Source of the DNA: Pseudomonadota bacterium
GTDB taxonomy: Bacteria > Pseudomonadota > Gammaproteobacteria > Burkholderiales > Burkholderiaceae_C
NCBI GenBank assembly: GCA_041181325.1
Contig: JBEGPS010000244.1
Location: 1-42,000, forward strand
DNA: 42,000 nucleotides
Direction of reading: 5' to 3'
This document shows, piece by piece, positions 1-9,316 of this stretch; the stretch's first letter is position 1, and every line of letters starts with the position of its first letter. Below the pieces are notes generated by a model. The model had not been told where the DNA came from. It did no database searches and saw only the letters and a list, made by a program, of their open reading frames with translations. Position numbers and translations under genes: made by a program.

Positions 1-1218
1 ACTTGCCACAAAGGCGGCTTTGCGGCTTGGGCGCCTGCTAAATTGCACACCAGCGTTTCTCTTTCCAGCCAATGCGCTAGTTGCCATTTGAGTGCCAGCT
101 ATGGGCTGACAAGCAGGCCTGCGACTGCCATTCACACTGGGCAAACCGTGTGTGAAACCTGCCATAAGTCCACCAGTTCTTGGGTGGGCGCGAAGCCAGA
201 CCATGGTTTGTATACCGCTGCAACCAACTGCTCGGGTTGCCACAATGGCAGCGCAGCAGCAGGCAAGCTTGCAACGCACATACCTACTTCCGTGAATTGC
301 GTCAGTTGCCACAGCACCACTGCATGGAAACCGACAAAGTGGAACCACTCGCAAATGCCGGTGACCAACCAATGTGCCACCTGCCACAGTGGTGCGTATC
401 CACCCGCTGATGGCAAACCGGTGACGCACATACCGTATGTGTCGTTAACGGGCGTTGCTATTACCAATTGCGACACCTGTCACAAATCAGGTTATGCGGC
501 GTGGAACCCGGGCAGATTTCACGCTAGTGTTTCTGTTGCAACGCAATGCGCGACGTGCCATTTAACTGGGTCGTATGGCCTGACTGGTAAACCAGCAACG
601 CAAACACATTCAGGAGTCACCGGCAATTGTGAGAGCTGCCACCGATCTACCGCAAGCTGGCTGAGTGTGCAGTACACGCATGCTGTCGCCAATGCGGTTG
701 GAACCGGAACATGTGATACGTGTCACAACGGCACTACAAGCGCTGTTTCTAAACCAGCCACGCATATTCCTGTTCCTGCAGGTACTGCCAAATGTGACTC
801 GTGCCATCGGTCGCAAATTAGTTTTGCTACAGCGGTAACCATGAACCATTCCGTAGTCGCTACGGGCACATGCAAGTCGTGTCATAACGGAGGCTACCTT
901 TCTGCAGGTAAGCAAGGTGCGTTGGCAAAGCCTGCAAACCATATTCCTGAAGCGCAGTTGCTCAATGGTGCCTCTATGGACTGCAAGGCTTGCCATAGCA
1001 GCACCACTAGTTGGCTCTCGATGCGTATGGAACACAACAGTTCGCAGGGCGGGGGGGCGGGTTCATGCAAAGCCTGCCACGCGACGGGCACCGCCTACCT
1101 GGGCAACATGACACGGATGAGTCTTTCGCACAATAAGCCAGGCAAAACAGATTGCTCTGAGTCGGGTTGTCACAGGCCGCTAGGCAACAAGGGGACTGCA
1201 TATTCCAAGTGGAATTGA
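1..1218 (+). CDS. Repetitive multiheme c-type cytochrome, 5'-truncated by the window edge
   Basis: Frame +1 is open from base 1 (TCHKGGFAAW...). It has 13 complete CxxCH motifs, a partial xxTCH at the edge and a terminal CSESGCH (CX4CH). Each spacer contains one His. Confidence 0.95.
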   Translation, partial: TCHKGGFAAWAPAKLHTSVSLSSQCASCHLSASYGLTSRPATAIHTGQTVCETCHKSTSSWVGAKPDHGLYTAATNCSGCHNGSAAAGKLATHIPTSVNCVSCHSTTAWKPTKWNHSQMPVTNQCATCHSGAYPPADGKPVTHIPYVSLTGVAITNCDTCHKSGYAAWNPGRFHASVSVATQCATCHLTGSYGLTGKPATQTHSGVTGNCESCHRSTASWLSVQYTHAVANAVGTGTCDTCHNGTTSAVSKPATHIPVPAGTAKCDSCHRSQISFATAVTMNHSVVATGTCKSCHNGGYLSAGKQGALAKPANHIPEAQLLNGASMDCKACHSSTTSWLSMRMEHNSSQGGGAGSCKACHATGTAYLGNMTRMSLSHNKPGKTDCSESGCHRPLGNKGTAYSKWN

Positions 1219-1257
1219 GCAGATCCGCACCCGATTGACATTTTTCGCTTTTTCTTC

Positions 1258-3678
1258 ATGAACACTAAATATTTATTCTGGCCCGCAGTTGTTACTGCAC
1301 AAGTGATGCTGTCTTCTGTTGCGCATGCGCAGCTCATAGAAGACATTGAATTCAAACGTGAAGGCGAACACGCCGTTGCACAAATTCGGTTTGTAACGCC
1401 CGTCCAACTTCAGCGCTCGGTGATGGCCAAGTCGGGAGACTTGGTCCAGGTTTTTTACAACATCACACCCAATGCCGATATGGTGTCTACGGTATCTGGA
1501 GAGCGACGGGTGTCCGCAAACAACGGCTTGCCAGAGATGGTGGTGACGGATGAATCTGTAGCACGCGACAACCTAAATCTGCGTAAATTACTTATCCGAT
1601 TGAGTACACCCACTAAATTTGTGGTGCGTGCTGGGCCATCGCGTGAGGTTTTGGAAATCGTTTTTGAGGGCATTGGGGCCAAGCTGGTTCAGGACAAGCC
1701 GCAACTAAACGCCCCTTTAAATAGCAAGCAATTTTTAGTTATTTTGCAAAGCTCCACGGACCCTGCTGTCCAGCTGGCTGCAGCTATACCAGCGCAGTTG
1801 CAGGGCAGTGAGGTGTTTACCTCCAGGAGAATTGCTGATGGAAAAGTGCTGTACGACACCAATTTAGGCTATTTTTCGACTCTGGCAGATGCTGAAAAAG
1901 CGCAGCGCCTGTTGCTAAGCCGGTTCCCCAATTCATCCGTGGTGGCTGCAGGCTTGACTTCTGCTAGTGCCACCACTGAGGCACCAGCAATTGTTGCAAA
2001 TCAGTCATCAGAAGTAACAGCTGCGGCTGCTAAATTGATGGCTACTGCAGATGCTGCCAATGATCGTGGTGACTACAGTGACGCGATCGTTGCGTTGGAT
2101 ACATTGCTGAACTTGCCGCCCAATGCGCTGTCGCGCAGTGCCCAAGAGCAAATTGCCATAGCCAGACTCAAGGCGGGTGACAACCAAAAAGCACGGGGTG
2201 AGTTTGAAACTTTTTTGAAGCTCTACCCTGAAGGTGTTGACAGCGACCGGGCGCGCCAGTTTTTGGCCAACCTGCCGCAAGAAGTTGTCGGAGTCGCTGC
2301 AAAAGGACGCATCACTGGGCAGCCGGAGGCGGTCGTTAGCGGCTCCATCTCTACTTTCTATTATGGTGGTCAGTCTCAAACACGCTCGCAAGACTTTGTA
2401 GATTCGCCGCTGAGTGGTTTGCCTGTCTTGCAGTCTGAGAGCAATCTTTCCGGCCAAGACCAGAAGCAGGTGCAAACCAATGTGGACTTAAATTGGCGCT
2501 ATCGCGATGCCGAGGTGGATCAACGCTTTGTTTTTCGCGACACGTTTACATCCGACATGATGCCCAACAGGCCGGATAAAAATCGATTGTCGGCCCTGTA
2601 TTTTGATCACCGCTCGCTTGCGAATGGCGTGGGCATTCGCGCTGGACGTCAGTCGCCCACTGGGGGTGGTGTTCTTTATCGCTTTGATGGCGCACAAGCC
2701 AGCTATGTATTTGCGCCGAAATGGAAGGCCAACGCAGTCTATGGAGTGCCAACCGATGCACTGCTCGATACACGCCGCAATTTTTATGGTGCATGGGTAG
2801 ATGCAGAGGCACTCACGCCGCATATGAGCGGGAGTGCCTACGTCAACCAGCAAATGATCGACAGCGAAGTGGACCGCCGCGCGTTGGGCACTGAACTGCG
2901 TTATTTCAATGAAGGTGTAGCCCTGTCAGGCCAACTTGATTACGACCAAATGTTGCAAGGACTCAATATTGCGTCCTTACAGGGTTCATGGCAGTTCCCA
3001 GACACTACGCAGGTCAACTTCATGTTGGATCGCCGCTCCACTCCTGTGCGTGCGTTGGGTAATATTCTTTTTTTCCAAGACCCAAATCTGGCCGTTCCAG
3101 CCAAAAGCATCCAAGAGCTGCTGGGAACCACACCGATTGATTTACTGCGAGATCAGGTCAATGGAGTTACTTCGTTTCAGTCGCAGGCTATGCTTGGATT
3201 CACCACGCCCATTGCTTCTAATTGGCAAACGGGCGCTACCGCAAATTACACCAATGTAGATGCAATTAAACCCGTTGCTGTGATTTTGCCTCTCGGCCAA
3301 GCAAGTACCGGCGACCTCTGGAGCTTAGGGTTACAACTCATTGGAACTAACCTGTACTCCACGTTGGACACACATATTTTCAGCGTCAATTTCTTATCTG
3401 GACCAACGTACAGCGGCACGCTACTGTCTTACAACAACTTAACGGGTGTGGGTGAAAACTTGCGGGTGGAGCCCTCCATTCGCTATTACACGCAAACCAC
3501 CAACCTGGGCGATAAGACCGTCCGCGTATCACCTGGCATGCGAATTTCTTATCGGGTGGTTAAACAAGTTTCACTTGAAACTGAGCTTTCGCTGGAAATC
3601 TCTGACACCAAGGGCCCTACACGTACTGAGTACTCTGAGCGAATGTTTTACTACTTAGGCGGACGCTTTGATTTCTGA
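1258..3678 (+). CDS. Outer-membrane beta-barrel protein with periplasmic N-terminal domain, SPOR-like domain and TPRs (putative porin partner of the cytochrome)
   Basis: Signal peptide ending AHA; SPOR-like segment LGYFSTLADAEKAQRLL...FP; TPR-like helices (GDYSDAIVAL..., ARGEFETFLKLYPEG); amphipathic beta-strand-rich C-terminal half ending YYLGGRFDF (terminal Phe beta-signal). Confidence 0.75.
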   Translation: MNTKYLFWPAVVTAQVMLSSVAHAQLIEDIEFKREGEHAVAQIRFVTPVQLQRSVMAKSGDLVQVFYNITPNADMVSTVSGERRVSANNGLPEMVVTDESVARDNLNLRKLLIRLSTPTKFVVRAGPSREVLEIVFEGIGAKLVQDKPQLNAPLNSKQFLVILQSSTDPAVQLAAAIPAQLQGSEVFTSRRIADGKVLYDTNLGYFSTLADAEKAQRLLLSRFPNSSVVAAGLTSASATTEAPAIVANQSSEVTAAAAKLMATADAANDRGDYSDAIVALDTLLNLPPNALSRSAQEQIAIARLKAGDNQKARGEFETFLKLYPEGVDSDRARQFLANLPQEVVGVAAKGRITGQPEAVVSGSISTFYYGGQSQTRSQDFVDSPLSGLPVLQSESNLSGQDQKQVQTNVDLNWRYRDAEVDQRFVFRDTFTSDMMPNRPDKNRLSALYFDHRSLANGVGIRAGRQSPTGGGVLYRFDGAQASYVFAPKWKANAVYGVPTDALLDTRRNFYGAWVDAEALTPHMSGSAYVNQQMIDSEVDRRALGTELRYFNEGVALSGQLDYDQMLQGLNIASLQGSWQFPDTTQVNFMLDRRSTPVRALGNILFFQDPNLAVPAKSIQELLGTTPIDLLRDQVNGVTSFQSQAMLGFTTPIASNWQTGATANYTNVDAIKPVAVILPLGQASTGDLWSLGLQLIGTNLYSTLDTHIFSVNFLSGPTYSGTLLSYNNLTGVGENLRVEPSIRYYTQTTNLGDKTVRVSPGMRISYRVVKQVSLETELSLEISDTKGPTRTEYSERMFYYLGGRFDF

Positions 3679-4312
3679 CCAGAGAGCCCAATTTTTTTTG
3701 AGCGTTGAAAAATTGGGGTACAGACGCGCCAATGCATGGTTGTTCCGAGCATTGAGTTTTCAAGTGAGGACCGGGGAATGCGTTTGGCTTCGTGGGCCCA
3801 ATGGTGCGGGTAAGACCAGTTTGCTGCGGTTGCTTGTGGGTCTGGCCCACGCCGACGAAGGTAGGGTCGTCAATGCCAATCCAAACTCTTTGAATTCGAC
3901 TGCTCCAGTGTATGTGGGGCACACCAACGCACTCAAAGAGGATTTGACGGCAATGGAGTCATTGCAGTTTTTATTGCAGTTAGACGATCATGCCGTCGAC
4001 AAAATGGCTGCCCTAGAAGCAATGCGCCAGTTTTCGATTCATCAGCGTTGCCATCAAATTGTAAAAACCCTCTCGCAAGGACAGCGTCGTCGTGTGGCGC
4101 TTTCTCGTTTGGCCTTGAAGAAAGAGTCTGCGTTGTGGGTTTTGGATGAGCCTTTTGAGGCCTTGGACTACCAAGGCATGGAGGTGTTGTACCGGTTGAT
4201 CAGCGAACACACGCAGCGTGGCGGAAGTGTCTTGTTAACGAGCCATATTCCTGTCGAGTCAGGCGCTTTTCCTTTGCGAGCGCTGGATTTTTGCAAGCTG
4301 GGTTTGGCATGA
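3668..4312 (+). CDS. ccmA: Heme ABC exporter ATP-binding protein CcmA
   Basis: Walker A GPNGAGKT, LSQGQRRRVAL signature, WVLDEPF; first gene of the ccm run. TTG start is uncertain. Confidence 0.93.
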   Translation: MISDQRAQFFLSVEKLGYRRANAWLFRALSFQVRTGECVWLRGPNGAGKTSLLRLLVGLAHADEGRVVNANPNSLNSTAPVYVGHTNALKEDLTAMESLQFLLQLDDHAVDKMAALEAMRQFSIHQRCHQIVKTLSQGQRRRVALSRLALKKESALWVLDEPFEALDYQGMEVLYRLISEHTQRGGSVLLTSHIPVESGAFPLRALDFCKLGLA

Positions 4313-4977
4313 AAACAGCAAGCTTCATTGCATTGGTGCAACGTGATTTGCGTATCGCGAGAAGGCGTCCCACTGAGGCGCTGCTTCCCATGGTGTTTTT
4401 TGTGGTGGCATGCAGTTTGTTTCCATTAGGTGTGGGACCCGAGAGCAGCACACTCAGGCAAATTGCGCCGGGCATTGTCTGGGTGTGTGCATTGGTGTCT
4501 GCCATGCTGTCTTTGCATACGATGTATGGCACTGACTTTACCGATGGTTCCCTAGAGCAAATGCTGCTCAACGATCAGTTTCCCGTTGGTATTGCACTGG
4601 CAAAGGCACTGGCACACTGGTGCATGACGGGTGTTCCCTTGCTATTGGCAGCCCCTGCATTGGGATTGTTGTTCGATATGCCAATTGCGTCCATTGGAGT
4701 ATTGGCATTGACCTTAGTCTTGGGGACTCCTGTGCTGAGTTTGATGGGGGGTGTTGGTGCTGCGTTGACGTTGGGACTGCGCAATGGAGCCCTGCTCATT
4801 TTGTTGTTGGTATTACCTCTGTGTATACCGGTGCTCATATTCGGAGCGGGTGCTGTATCTGCTTTGGATATGGGCTTGTCGCCCCTCGGACATTTGTATT
4901 TATTGGGTGCATTGCTATTGTTGGCGCTGCTTGGCGCGCCAGTTGCTACTGCCGCCGCACTGCGGATATCTATATGA
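4309..4977 (+). CDS. ccmB: Heme exporter permease CcmB
   Basis: RDLRIA, LFPLGVGP, APGIVWV, DGSLEQM and LPLCIPVLIFG motifs; ATGA overlap with the ccmA stop. Confidence 0.95.
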   Translation: MKTASFIALVQRDLRIARRRPTEALLPMVFFVVACSLFPLGVGPESSTLRQIAPGIVWVCALVSAMLSLHTMYGTDFTDGSLEQMLLNDQFPVGIALAKALAHWCMTGVPLLLAAPALGLLFDMPIASIGVLALTLVLGTPVLSLMGGVGAALTLGLRNGALLILLLVLPLCIPVLIFGAGAVSALDMGLSPLGHLYLLGALLLLALLGAPVATAAALRISI

Positions 4978-5735
4978 AAAAAATGCCGCGATTATTCACC
5001 TTTTCAGCACCATCTCAGTTTTACCGGTTGACTGGCCTAACCGTGCCTTGGTTGTACGCCTTTGCGATCGCATTTGCGCTGGCGGGGCTGTATGTTGGCT
5101 TCTTCGTAGCCCCGACGGATGCCACGCAAGGGGATGCTTACAGAATCATATTTGTTCATGTGCCAGCGGCCTGGATGTCCATGGTGCTGTACCTCGTAAT
5201 GGCCTTTTGGGCAGTTGTTGGTTGGGCATTCAACGCACGTCTAGCATTCATGGTAGCCAGAGCGATCGCCCCTACGGGAGCCATGTTTACGGTTCTCGCA
5301 TTGTGGACGGGGGCTTTTTGGGGCAAGCCCACTTGGGGTACTTGGTGGGTGTGGGATGCAAGATTGACTTCGGAGTTGATCCTCTTGTTCTTGTACCTCG
5401 GGTATATGGCCTTGGTCGAGGCTATTGACGACACACGCCGTGCTGACCAAGCGGGTGCTTTATTGGCATTGATTGGTGCTATCAACGTACCCGTCATTTA
5501 CTTCTCTGTGCGGTGGTGGAACACCTTGCACCAAGGGGCCACTATCAGCATGACAGCAGCACCCAAAATGGCCAGCACCATGCTGACGGCAATGCTGCTG
5601 ATGACGATTGCATTTTGGGCTTATGCCTTTGCCGTCGTATTTGTCAGGGCGCGTGCCATCGTTCTTGAACGCGAGCAAGACGCGGGTTGGGCAGCGTCTT
5701 TGGTTACGAGAGTTGGTACTGGAGATGCAATATGA
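4974..5735 (+). CDS. ccmC: Heme exporter protein CcmC
   Basis: HVPAAW, WWD domain WGKPTWGTWWVWDARLT and WWNTLHQ. Start placed at ATG 4974 (ATGA overlap), not the ORF-track start 4620. Confidence 0.96.
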   Translation: MKKMPRLFTFSAPSQFYRLTGLTVPWLYAFAIAFALAGLYVGFFVAPTDATQGDAYRIIFVHVPAAWMSMVLYLVMAFWAVVGWAFNARLAFMVARAIAPTGAMFTVLALWTGAFWGKPTWGTWWVWDARLTSELILLFLYLGYMALVEAIDDTRRADQAGALLALIGAINVPVIYFSVRWWNTLHQGATISMTAAPKMASTMLTAMLLMTIAFWAYAFAVVFVRARAIVLEREQDAGWAASLVTRVGTGDAI

Positions 5736-5902
5736 ATTGGGGTAGTACAGGTGATTTTTTAGCCATGGGTGGATACGGACTTTACGTATGGGGTTCCTAT
5801 GCAGTCGTGCTTATTTGGATGCTTGGTGAGCCCGTCTTGGTTGCACGCAGGCATACGAAGGCCTTGGCAAAAGTGCAAGCAGCAAAAGAAGAGGAATATT
5901 GA
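5732..5902 (+). CDS. ccmD: Heme exporter protein CcmD
   Basis: Small protein with [15 protein letters not shown] motif, one TM segment and a basic tail; lies between ccmC and ccmE. Confidence 0.9.
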   Translation: MNWGSTGDFLAMGGYGLYVWGSYAVVLIWMLGEPVLVARRHTKALAKVQAAKEEEY

Positions 5903-5903
5903 A

Positions 5904-6359
5904 ATGAAACCTCGTCACAAACGCATTGCCATTGCTTTGGGTGTGGTGTCTGTCTTGGGTGTGGTGGTTGCACTGGTCTTGAGCGCATTTCAAAGCAACT
6001 TGGTTTTCTTTTATTCGCCTTCGCAAATCGCTTCCAGAGAAGCCCCAGCAGGGCGAACCTTTCGCTTGGGTGGTCTGGTGGTGGCGGGTAGCGTCAAGCG
6101 CGATGGAGTGAATGTTAATTTTCAGGTTACTGATACCGCCCAAGTTGTCGCTGTTCGATACGCTGGAATATTGCCTGACCTCTTTAAAGAAGGTAAGGGT
6201 GTGGTGGCACAGGGGCAATTGCGTGACGGCGTGTTTGAGGCCAAAGAGGTCTTGGCAAAGCATGACGAAAACTATATGCCTCCTGAGGCGGCAGAGGCTT
6301 TGAAAAACGCAGCTAAAAGTAATCAAAAGACCGCTACGTCGGTCGTAACTGGTAAGTGA
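5904..6359 (+). CDS. ccmE: Heme chaperone CcmE
   Basis: N-terminal [20 protein letters not shown] and heme-binding [11 protein letters not shown]. Confidence 0.96.
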   Translation: MKPRHKRIAIALGVVSVLGVVVALVLSAFQSNLVFFYSPSQIASREAPAGRTFRLGGLVVAGSVKRDGVNVNFQVTDTAQVVAVRYAGILPDLFKEGKGVVAQGQLRDGVFEAKEVLAKHDENYMPPEAAEALKNAAKSNQKTATSVVTGK

Positions 6360-6361
6360 AC

Positions 6362-8347
6362 ATGATTCCCGAAATTGGACATTTTTTGTTGTGGGTGGCG
6401 TTGGGCGTCGCTCTGGTCATGAGCGTGTTGCCAATGGCGGGTGCAACGCGTGGTCGCGAGGATTGGATGGCATTGGCCCGTCCCAGTGCTTACGCCTTGT
6501 TTGTGCTCGTTGCGTTGGCGTTTGCGTGCTTGGTTGCGTCATTTGTGCGGCACGATTTTTCAGTGCTGTATGTAGCATCTAACTCGAACACCGCGCTACC
6601 ACTGGAATACAGAATTGCAGGGGTTTGGGGGGGGCATGAGGGTTCGCTGTTGCTATGGGTTCAAATGCTGTGTGTCTGGATGGTGGCGGTTGCGCGCTTT
6701 AGCAAGCATCTGCCCTTGCCTGTACTTGCCCGCATATTGGCGGTTATGGGGATGATCAGCGTGGGCTTTTTGCTGTTTATGCTGATAACTTCAAATCCAT
6801 TTGATCGCCTGTTTCCCGCCCCGTTGGATGGGCGCGACTTGAATCCTTTGCTGCAAGATCCTGGCATGGTCACGCACCCGCCCATGCTTTATATGGGTTA
6901 TGTAGGTTTTTCCGTGGCATTTGCATTTGCCATAGCGGCGCTCATTGGTGGTAATTTGGATGCGACTTGGGCACGTTGGACGCGACCTTGGACTACGGTT
7001 GCATGGATTTTTTTGACCATCGGCATTGCGATGGGTAGTTCCTGGGCCTATTACGAATTGGGCTGGGGCGGGTGGTGGTTTTGGGACCCTGTAGAAAACG
7101 CTTCCCTCATGCCATGGCTTTTGGGTACGGCGCTCATTCACTCCTTGGCTGTCACAGAGAAGCGCAGTAGTTTCAAGTCGTGGACGGTGCTGTTGGCCAT
7201 ACTGGCATTTTCGTTCTCGTTGCTCGGTACTTTTCTTGTGCGCTCAGGTGTACTGTCTTCTGTGCACGCCTTTGCTACCGACCCTCGGCGTGGGTTGTTC
7301 ATTCTGGTATTTCTGTCCATCACTGTGGGTTCTTCTTTCTCACTTTATGCGTGGCGTGCGCCCACTGTCGGGCTGGGTGCCCGGTTTGCGCTGCTGTCCA
7401 AGGAAACTACCTTGCTTGCAAACAACGTTATGTTTTTAGTAGCGGCGGCGGCTGTTTTACTTGGCACGCTGTATCCGTTGTTCTTGGACGCGCTGGGGCT
7501 GGGTAAGATTTCTGTGGGGCCGCCGTACTTTGATGCTGTTTTTATGCCGCTCATGGCACCGACTATTTTTCTGATGGGTGTGGGGCCGCTGGTGCGCTGG
7601 AAAGAAGCTGCCCTGCCAACACTGGCGTCCCGCCTTAAATGGGCTGCTGTGGTGTCGATCATTGCGTCGATTGCCACTGGATGGCTTGCAGGAGAGATTC
7701 GGTGGGTGGCTACGGTAGGGCTGTTGATGGCCTACTGGATCGTGGCCTCAGTGGCTACGGATTTGGTGGAGCGCATCCGACCTCAAGGAGGTCTGTGGAG
7801 CGATGCGCCGCGCAAACTGCGGCAAATTCCACGGGCACTGATTGGGATGATGGTTGCCCATCTCGGGGTGGCAGCATTTTGCTTTGGCGTGGTCATGGTG
7901 AAGACCTATGAGCTAGAAACGGACGTCAAGATGCACATCGGGGACAGCACATCCGTACGCGGCTACACGTTTACGTTTATGGGCATAAGGGAAGTTCCGG
8001 GGCCTAACTATTCTGCAGTGCGCGGTCAAATGCAGGTCACGCGAGACGGAAAAGCTGTGGCCACGATGTACCCCGAAAAGCGGGTGTATCGGGTGCAACA
8101 AAACCCCATGACAGAAGCAGCCATTGATGCTGGTGTGACGCGTGATTTGTACGTTTCATTGGGCGAACCTGTCGAGGACGGCGCATGGATTGTGCGCGTT
8201 TACGTCAAACCGTTTATCGATTGGATTTGGGGCGGGTGCCTGTTGATGGCGTTTGGCGGACTGTTCGCTGTTACGGATAGGCGCTATCGCCGCAAAAATG
8301 TGGCGGCAAGCCCCAGCGGCGTTACCGCCGGTGAGGTCGCGCTATGA
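6362..8347 (+). CDS. ccmF: Cytochrome c heme lyase CcmF
   Basis: MIPEIGH start, WGGHEGS, HPPMLY, WGGWWFWDPVENAS and SVHAFA motifs. Confidence 0.97.
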   Translation: MIPEIGHFLLWVALGVALVMSVLPMAGATRGREDWMALARPSAYALFVLVALAFACLVASFVRHDFSVLYVASNSNTALPLEYRIAGVWGGHEGSLLLWVQMLCVWMVAVARFSKHLPLPVLARILAVMGMISVGFLLFMLITSNPFDRLFPAPLDGRDLNPLLQDPGMVTHPPMLYMGYVGFSVAFAFAIAALIGGNLDATWARWTRPWTTVAWIFLTIGIAMGSSWAYYELGWGGWWFWDPVENASLMPWLLGTALIHSLAVTEKRSSFKSWTVLLAILAFSFSLLGTFLVRSGVLSSVHAFATDPRRGLFILVFLSITVGSSFSLYAWRAPTVGLGARFALLSKETTLLANNVMFLVAAAAVLLGTLYPLFLDALGLGKISVGPPYFDAVFMPLMAPTIFLMGVGPLVRWKEAALPTLASRLKWAAVVSIIASIATGWLAGEIRWVATVGLLMAYWIVASVATDLVERIRPQGGLWSDAPRKLRQIPRALIGMMVAHLGVAAFCFGVVMVKTYELETDVKMHIGDSTSVRGYTFTFMGIREVPGPNYSAVRGQMQVTRDGKAVATMYPEKRVYRVQQNPMTEAAIDAGVTRDLYVSLGEPVEDGAWIVRVYVKPFIDWIWGGCLLMAFGGLFAVTDRRYRRKNVAASPSGVTAGEVAL

Positions 8348-8874
8348 AGTCACTGCGGTTTTTCATACCACTGGTGGTTTTGGTTGCGTTGGTTTTTTTT
8401 CTCGGTGTTGGGCTCAAGTTAGATCCTAAAGAAGTGCCTTCGCCGCTCATTGGCAAGCCGTCACCTGTGTTCGATTTAACCCGCCTAGACAACGCGGCGG
8501 TACGCATCAGACGTGATGACATGTTGGGCAAGGTGTGGATGCTTAACGTTTGGGCTTCATGGTGCGTGGCTTGTCGGGACGAGCACCCGCTTTTATTAGA
8601 GTTCTCACGCAAGAAGCTGTTGCCTATTTATGGCCTGAACTACAAAGACGAGCGCTTGGCGGGCTTGAAGTGGTTAAGAAATTTTGGCGATCCTTATGAC
8701 GCATCGCTGTTCGACCAAGAGGGGCGCATAGGCATTGATTTTGGTGTCTATGGCGTTCCTGAAACCTTCATCATGGACCGTGACGGCATTGTGCGATTCA
8801 AGCACATCGGCCCCATCACACCGGATGTGATTCGGACACAAATTGAACCCTTGGTAAGGAAACTCAATGGCTAA
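8344..8874 (+). CDS. ccmG: Periplasmic thiol:disulfide oxidoreductase CcmG/DsbE
   Basis: NVWASWCVACRDEHP and GVYGVPETF motifs. Confidence 0.95.
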   Translation: MKSLRFFIPLVVLVALVFFLGVGLKLDPKEVPSPLIGKPSPVFDLTRLDNAAVRIRRDDMLGKVWMLNVWASWCVACRDEHPLLLEFSRKKLLPIYGLNYKDERLAGLKWLRNFGDPYDASLFDQEGRIGIDFGVYGVPETFIMDRDGIVRFKHIGPITPDVIRTQIEPLVRKLNG

Positions 8875-9316
8875 GTGGATGATTGGAATTTGCTTGGCGC
8901 TGCTTGTTTGCTCTGCAAGTGCCGCTGAGGCTGCACCTGCTTCCGATGATCCGGTGCTAGAGGCCAGGATGATGCAACTTGCCAGCGAGTTGCGGTGCCT
9001 TGTGTGTCAAAACCAAACCATTGCCGACTCGCACGCTGCGTTGGCTGTAGACCTTAGGCAGCAGGTCCGGGAGATGTTGGCCAGCGGACAAAGCGACCAA
9101 CAGATCACGCAGTACATGACAGCGCGGTATGGCGATTTTGTACTCTACCGGCCACCATTTAACGCTGCCACGGTATTACTCTGGGTTGGGCCAAGTGCCA
9201 TGGCGGTAGGCGGCTTGTTGGCCTTGGTGCTGGTGTTGCGTAGACGAAACCGGCTACCCGATGATCAATTTGACGCCGACGACGTCAACGTCGCCCAAGA
9301 TCCTCATCATTCATGA
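8867..9316 (+). CDS. ccmH: Cytochrome c biogenesis protein CcmH
   Basis: LRCLVCQNQTIADS, RYGDFVLYRPP and a C-terminal TM. Confidence 0.95.
   Translation: MAKWMIGICLALLVCSASAAEAAPASDDPVLEARMMQLASELRCLVCQNQTIADSHAALAVDLRQQVREMLASGQSDQQITQYMTARYGDFVLYRPPFNAATVLLWVGPSAMAVGGLLALVLVLRRRNRLPDDQFDADDVNVAQDPHHS

Noticed and set aside
43-45. ORF-track start of the multiheme cytochrome at TTG 43
   Set aside because: The frame is open to base 1 with a partial heme motif and no signal peptide, so the real start is upstream of the window.
1047-1062. G-rich tract in the cytochrome gene as a phase-variation site
   Set aside because: The longest run is only G7, it encodes a Gly linker and the frame is intact.
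1-3678. Calling the cytochrome and barrel mtrA/mtrB (or mtoA/mtoB)
   Set aside because: Heme count exceeds ten, the KPxxHIP repeat spacing differs from MtrA, and the barrel has SPOR/TPR domains not found in MtrB; gene symbols withheld.
4620-4973. Long N-terminal extension of CcmC in the ORF track
   Set aside because: It overlaps ccmB out of frame; the ATGA-coupled start at 4974 gives a normal CcmC. Similar over-extensions were trimmed for ccmD, ccmE, alr, ilvE, ampG and gatC.
8936-8965. cctgcttccgatgatccggtgctagaggcc in ccmH resembles the right half of the 50-bp repeat
   Set aside because: It needs gaps, lacks the TGCTA/TAGC left half, and encodes the normal CcmH DPVLEAR segment; probably chance.
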